DNA of 64,000 nucleotides, taken from positions 496,001 through 560,000 of the forward strand of contig NIVC01000195.1 in assembly GCA_002269645.1 (NCBI GenBank). Reading direction: 5' to 3'. The position numbers and the translations under genes were made by a program. Positions 58,661 through 64,000 of the stretch are shown one piece after another (position 1 is the first letter of the stretch; every line of letters begins with the position of its first letter). Below the pieces are notes generated by a model, which made no database searches, was not told the origin of the DNA, and saw nothing but the letters and a program-made list of their open reading frames with translations. Source of the DNA: Macrostomum lignano (lineage: Eukaryota).

Positions 58661-61600
58661 TCATCGTTGAGCGGCGTCCGGCAGCAGCACCAGCTCGCCG
58701 TCGCCGCACTCGTAGGTCCCGTTCGAGCGGCGCGGCAGCCACACCGACCCCGGGGTCGACCAGCCGAACAGCATCTGGTGCAGCTGGGCCGCCGTCTTCT
58801 CCAGCACACCCCACACCGTGAAGGGGCGGGCAGGCTGGGGCTCCTCATTGCAATCATTCGGGCTCAGGTCTTTGGCGAAGCACAGGCGCAGCTCGTACAG
58901 AAATGTCTGGCCATTCTGCAAGTTGTTTGGTAATATAGTGGGGTGGGTGTCGGAGTGGGGTGGGTGTCGGAGTGGGGTGGGTGTCGGAGTGGGGTGGGTG
59001 TCGGAGTGAGGTGGGTGTCGGAGTGGGGTGGGTGACGGAGTGGGGTGGGTGTCAGAGTGGGGTGAGTATGATCTCACCGTCTTGGCGCAGCGGACCATGG
59101 GCTTGAAGCCGAAGGCGCTTTGCAGCGCGCTGCGGATCTTGGATGCCTGGGGGTGTCAGAGGTGCGAGTTGACAGTTCAGAATTTCTTAGCTAGCATTAG
59201 CTCGTAATAGTCATAAAAGGAGCCACAGAATCAGTTCACAGCCGCGAGGCCAAACGTACATCAATAGGGGTTGAGCTGGGCGTCACGCCCCCCTTTTGCA
59301 ACATTCTGAAGTTTATCAGAGATGGTGCAGGTGATGAACTGCTTATTAAATCACGGCGAAAGCCATTGCAGCTGAACTCACTCGCTCAGGTTGTACTTTT
59401 GGTTAAGCTGAAGCGCTGCTTTAAAGTACAAAAAAGTTGTGTTGAACCTGGGATCAGTTGCCACGCAAGAGCCGTGCTTCTTGAACTCTTCACGCCTAGA
59501 TTTGAGGAGTGAGGCTCGGATGAGATCTAGTGAGACTGGGTGGAGATCTAGTGAGACTGGATGGAAATCTAGTGAGACTGGATGGAAATCTAGGGAGACT
59601 GGTTGGAGATCTAGTGAGACTGGATGGAGATCTAGGGAGACTGGGTCGAGATCTAGTGAGACTGGGTGGAGATCTAGTGAGACTGGATGGAGATCTAGGG
59701 AGACTGGATGGAGATCTAGTGAGACTGGATGGAGATCTAGTGAGACTGGACATTTGACTTCATCAGCAGGCGACTCACCAGAAGTAAAGCGGGCTGCCTT
59801 TGGGATTCAGCAGATCCATCCAGCTCTTCTGGAGTTCATCCCGGAGGGGCTGCGGAGTTCAGTTGGGTCAGCTTTGTGTGAATGCAGCACCTGATGATGA
59901 CAGCTGGGCGTCTTTGAGAAGTCTCACCTTCGTAGACCTCTGTAAGACGATCTACCCCGGCCATCAAGAATCTCACTGCTTGTTCAGGAATTCACAGCCT
60001 CTCCGGAAGTCTCACTGCTCTGCCTCTAACTTTTTAGAAGAACTCACCCCAGCTCGGAGCCACTAGGCAACTCACCCCAGCTCGGAGCCACAAGGCAACT
60101 CACCCCAGCTCAAAGCCACAAGGCAACTCACCCCAGCTCAAAGCCACAAGGCAACTCACCCCAGCTCAAAGCCACAAGGCAACTCACCCCAGCTCAAAGC
60201 CACAAGGCAACTCACCCCAGCTCAAAGCCACAAGGCAACTCACCCCAGCTCAAAGCCACAAGGCAACTCACCCCAGCTCAAAGCCACAAGGCAACTCACC
60301 CCAGCTCAAAGCCACAAGGCAACTCACCCCAGCTCAAAGCCACAAGGCAACTCACCCCAGCTCGGAGCCACAAGGCAACTCACCCCAGCTCAAAGCCACA
60401 AGGCAACTCACCCCAGCTCGGAGCCACAAGGCAACTCACCCCAGCTCAAAGCCACAAGGCAACTCACCCCAGCTCAAAGCCACAAGGCAACTCACCCCAG
60501 CTCAAAGCCACAAGGCAACTCACCCCAGCTCAAAGCCACAAGGCAACTCACCCCAGCTCAAAGCCACAAGGCAACTCACCCCAGCTCGGAGCCACAAGGC
60601 AACTCACCCCAGCTCAAAGCCACAAGGCAACTCACCCCAGCTCGGAGCCACAAGGCAACTCACCCCAGCTCAAAGCCACAAGGCAACTCACCCCAGCTCA
60701 AAGCCACAAGGCAACTCACCCCAGCTCAAAGCCACAAGGCAACTCACCCCAGCTCAAAGCCACAAGGCAACTCACCCCAGCTCAAAGCCACAAGGCAACT
60801 CACCCCAGCTCAAAGCCACAAGGCAACTCACCCCAGCTCAAAGCCACAAGGCAACTCACCCCCAGCTCGGATTCGTTGAACGCAGTGGAGTTGCAGAACA
60901 TGGGCGGCTTGGACGGAGAATCTTTGGACTCGGCCCTGAAAAAAGAAATTAACCACTCTACTTTAAGTAGGCCGCTTAGGCCGCTGATAAAAACGAAGTC
61001 GAACTCACCAAAGTCCATGAATGTTGAACCTTTTCTGTAGCAGCTCCTTGTGCTTGCACTGCGGGTTAACACGAGGAACTACGAATGTGTGCGTAATTCC
61101 ATTGAGTTCATCAGGTCATGACCTCATATAGAAAGTACGTCGTGTGAGCTTCCTAAATTTTGCAGGCAGGTGCACGCTATAGTTTACATTTTAAATTACA
61201 AAGAATAATTCTGTCACCCCGAGTTCACTGTCTCGAAAAGTTCACACCGGTTCTTAGTTCACCCTCTCCCTAAGTTCACACCCCTTAGTTCACCCTCTCC
61301 ACAGCTTAACACCCCCTTAGTTCACCCTCTCCATAAGTTCACACCCCTTAGTTCACTCTCTCCCTAAGTTCACACCCCTTAGTTCACCCTCTCCACAGCT
61401 TAACACCCCCTTAGTTCACCCTCTCCATAAGTTCACACCCCTTAGTTCACTCTCTCCCTAAGTTCACACCCCTTAGTTCACCCTCTCCACAGCTTAACAC
61501 CCCCTTAGTTCACCCTCTCCATAAGTTCACACCCCTTAGTTCACTCTCTCCCTAAGTTCACACCCCTTAGTTCACCCTCTCCACAGCTTAACACCCCCTT

Positions 61601-63291
61601 AGTTCACCCTCTCCATAAGTTCACACCCCTTAGTTCACTCTCTCCCTAAGTTCACACCCCTTAGTTCACCCTCTCCCTAAATTCACACCCCTTAGTTCAC
61701 CCTCTCCCAAATTCGCACCCCTTAGTTCACCCTCTCCCTAAATTCACACCCCCTTAGTTCACCCTCTCCCTAAATTCACACCCCCTTAGTTCACCCCCTC
61801 ATCCTTGAATCCCCAGTCAACCAGAGACCGCAGCACAGACCGAGGTCACCGAGCAGAAGGAGAAGGGCCACTCTCTGGTGAGCAGGATGAAGTCAAACTC
61901 CGACTTGTCTCGGGCCGCCCCGAGGCAGCAGAGGCTGGCCAGGGTGATGAGGCCTACAAAGCTGCTGGAATTCAAGCGGCGATATGGAATTTAAGTTCCA
62001 AGTTCGAGTCAGCTAAAAACTGAAAACTTGGCTTTGAAATCAAGGTAAATCAGAAATCTGCGTACCGGCCTTTCTCTCAGTCCACCTGTATCCGTCTGAG
62101 TCCACCTGTCTCCCTCTCAGTCCACCTTGTATCAGTCTCAGTCCACCTGTCTCCCTCTCAGTCCACCTGTCTCCCTCTCAGTCCACCTTGTATCAGTCTC
62201 AGTCCACCTGTCTCCCTCTCAGTCCACCTGTCTCCCTCTCAGTCCACCTGTATCAGACTCAGTCCACCTGTATCAGACTCAGTCCACCTGTCTCCCTCTC
62301 AGTCCACCTGTATCAGACTCAGTCCACCTGTCTCCCTCTCAGTCCACCTGTATCAGTCTCAGTCCACCTGTCTCCCTCTCAGTCCACCTGTATCCGTCTC
62401 AGTCCACCTGTCTCCCTCTCAGTCCACCTGTCTCCCTCTCAGTCCACCTGTATCCGTCTCAGTCCACCTGTCTCCCTCTCAGTCCACCTGTATCCATCTC
62501 AGTCCACCTGTATCAGACTCAGTCCACCTGTATCAGACTCAGTCCACCTGTCTCCCTCTCAGTCCACCTGTATCCATCTCAGTCCACCTGTCTCCCTCTC
62601 AGTCCACCTGTATCCGTCTCAGTCCACCTGTCTCCCTCTCAGTCCACCTGTATCCGTCTCAGTCCACCTGTCTCCCTCTCAGTCCACCTGTATCCGTCTC
62701 AGTCCACCTGTCTCCCTCTCAGTCCACCTGTCTCCCTCTCAGTCCACCTGTATCCGTCTCAGTCCACCTGTCTCCCTCTCAGTTCACCTGTATCCGTTTC
62801 AGTCCACCTGTCTCCCTCTCAGTCCACCTGTCTCCCTCTCAGTCCACCTGTCTCCCTCTCAGTCCACCTGTCTCCCTCTCAGTCCACCTGTCTCCCTCTC
62901 AGTCCACCTGTCTCCCTCTCAGTCCACCTGTCTCCCTCTCAGTCCACCTGTCTCCCTCTCAGTCCACCTGTCTCCCTCTCAGTCCACCTGTCTCCCTCTC
63001 AGTCCACCTGTCTCCCTCTCAGTCCACCTGTCTCCCTCTCAGTCCACCTGTCTCCCTCTCAGTCCACCTGTCTCCCTCTCAGTCCACCTGTCTCCCTCTC
63101 AGTCCACCTGTCTCCCATCTTTCTACCAAAGTTGACTCCGAATGGGATTCCTTTGGCAAGTGGGACTTCATCCCAAAAGCTAAGCTATAAATACACTGAC
63201 GTAATGCTAATCGATAATGGCGCTGCATTTTTGGCTCAAGTAGCGATAATAAATCAAAAGTCCCTCTTAGAAAAACTTACAGAAGATGCAT
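58661..63291 (-). CDS. RNASET2: Secreted ribonuclease T2 family protein, 9 exons, ~271 aa
   Basis: Exons 63291-63281 (tentative ATG exon), 61964-61841, 61058-61009, 60935-60860, 59849-59779, 59495-59382, 59305-59260, 59146-59078 and 58915-58661. All GT-AG and phase-consistent. The product has a signal peptide, EFDFILLTREWPFSFC, CAS I RFNIHGLW, CAS II FWREEFKKHGSC, and LYELRLCFAKDL. Exon 1 and both ends of exon 2 are less certain. Confidence 0.9.
58938..59063 (+). repeat. 17-bp G-rich intronic minisatellite (GTGGGGTGGGTGTCGGA)
   Basis: About 7 units in the last RNase T2 intron. Confidence 0.9.
59515..59750 (+). repeat. 21-bp intronic minisatellite (GGAGATCTAGTGAGACTGGAT)
   Basis: About 11 units. 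Confidence 0.9.
60041..60870 (-). repeat. 28-bp intronic minisatellite built from the exon end and 5' splice site
   Basis: About 30 units; minus-strand unit GAGCTGGG|GTGAGTTGCCTTGTGGCTTT. Confidence 0.92.
61254..61800 (+). repeat. 31/32-bp intronic minisatellite with a ~94-bp trimeric higher-order period
   Basis: TTAGTTCACCCTCTCC- followed in rotation by CTAAG, ACAGC and ATAAG variants. Confidence 0.88.
62073..63117 (+). repeat. 20-bp minisatellite (CTCAGTCCACCTGTCTCCCT)
   Basis: About 52 units, homogenised toward the right end. Confidence 0.92.
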
Positions 63292-63534
63292 TTGGACCGA
63301 GCGACAGCACTGACAGGTGGCAGAAAGTTTCTAGCATAGCTTGGGCTGGCCCCGCGCCAATACATATAGATGTAGCTTGTGCCAAGCTGCCTGCATCCGC
63401 AGCTGCCGTGGCCTGTGGCCCTGTGGCTGCTTAGATAAAGTCAGGGGTGGCAACAATGTTTACATTTGAACGATCTGTGACCAAAAATTATCTGTGCGAT
63501 ACCCAGTCAGGCTTGAACACTCATGGCACCTGTG

Positions 63535-63910
63535 CCACTCAGCTTGTGTCCCCTGTGCCCTGTGCCCACCCAGCTAGCTTGTGTCTCTGTGCACTGCCCA
63601 CTCAGCTTGTCTCCCCCCTGTGCCTGTCCATTCAGCTTGTGTCCCCTGTGCCTGTCCATTCAGCTTGTCTCCCCCCTGTGCCTGTCCATTCAGCTTGTCT
63701 CCCCCCTGTGCCTGTCCATTCAGCTTGTGTCCCCTGTGCCCTGTCCATTCAGCTTGTCTCCCCCCTGTGCCTGTCCATTCAGCTTGTGTCCCCTGTGCCC
63801 TGTCCATTCAGCTTCTGTCCCCTGTGCCCTGTCCATTCAGCTTGTCTCCCCTGTGCCTGTCCATTCAGCTTGTCTCCCCCCTGTGCCTGTCCATTCCGCT
63901 TGTGTCCCCT
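63535..63910 (+). repeat. ~31-33-bp minisatellite (CAGCTTGTGTCCCCTGTGCCCTGTCCATT)
   Basis: About 11 units. Confidence 0.88.
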
Positions 63911-64000
63911 TCTCCTCCATCCATCCTTTGCCTGCCTCTCAGACTCTCAGACTACCAGTACAGAGTGAATATTCAAGCTACACTACTGATTTGCTCTCAG

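Noticed and set aside
62127-63434. 435-aa plus-strand ORF (PPVSLSVH repeats plus a ~100-codon unique tail)
   Set aside because: Mostly the 20-bp minisatellite. The tail has no recognisable family and lies antisense to the predicted RNase T2 first exon; it cannot be supported without transcripts.

Overview
Animal (eukaryotic) genomic DNA in two halves. The host is probably an invertebrate: spliced genes and TTAGGG tracts are seen, but the taxon is not established. (1) Positions 1-47,736 are an almost continuous cluster of about 17 non-autonomous Helitron-type (rolling-circle) elements and fragments. Each typically starts TCCTATATACTAAA and ends with a GC hairpin plus CTAG. Nine junctions are precise head-to-tail CTAG|TC fusions. 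The units are modular: a conserved ~600-bp 5' core with a microsatellite and a tRNA-like A/B-box cassette, then an interchangeable satellite slot (23-bp type a, 23-bp type b, or 24/48-bp), then one of several 3' modules (with (TTAGGG)n and decayed former termini, or an 18-bp satellite). The cluster includes a ~7.2-kb near-identical tandem duplication. No Rep/helicase ORF is present. (2) Positions 47,737-64,000 hold a small MITE-like element, an ARHGAP19-like RhoGAP gene (minus strand, 3 exons resolved), an intronless DEG/ENaC channel gene (plus strand) and a 9-exon RNase T2 gene (minus strand, first exon tentative) with several introns filled by minisatellites. All assignments come from manual reading; no database search was run.
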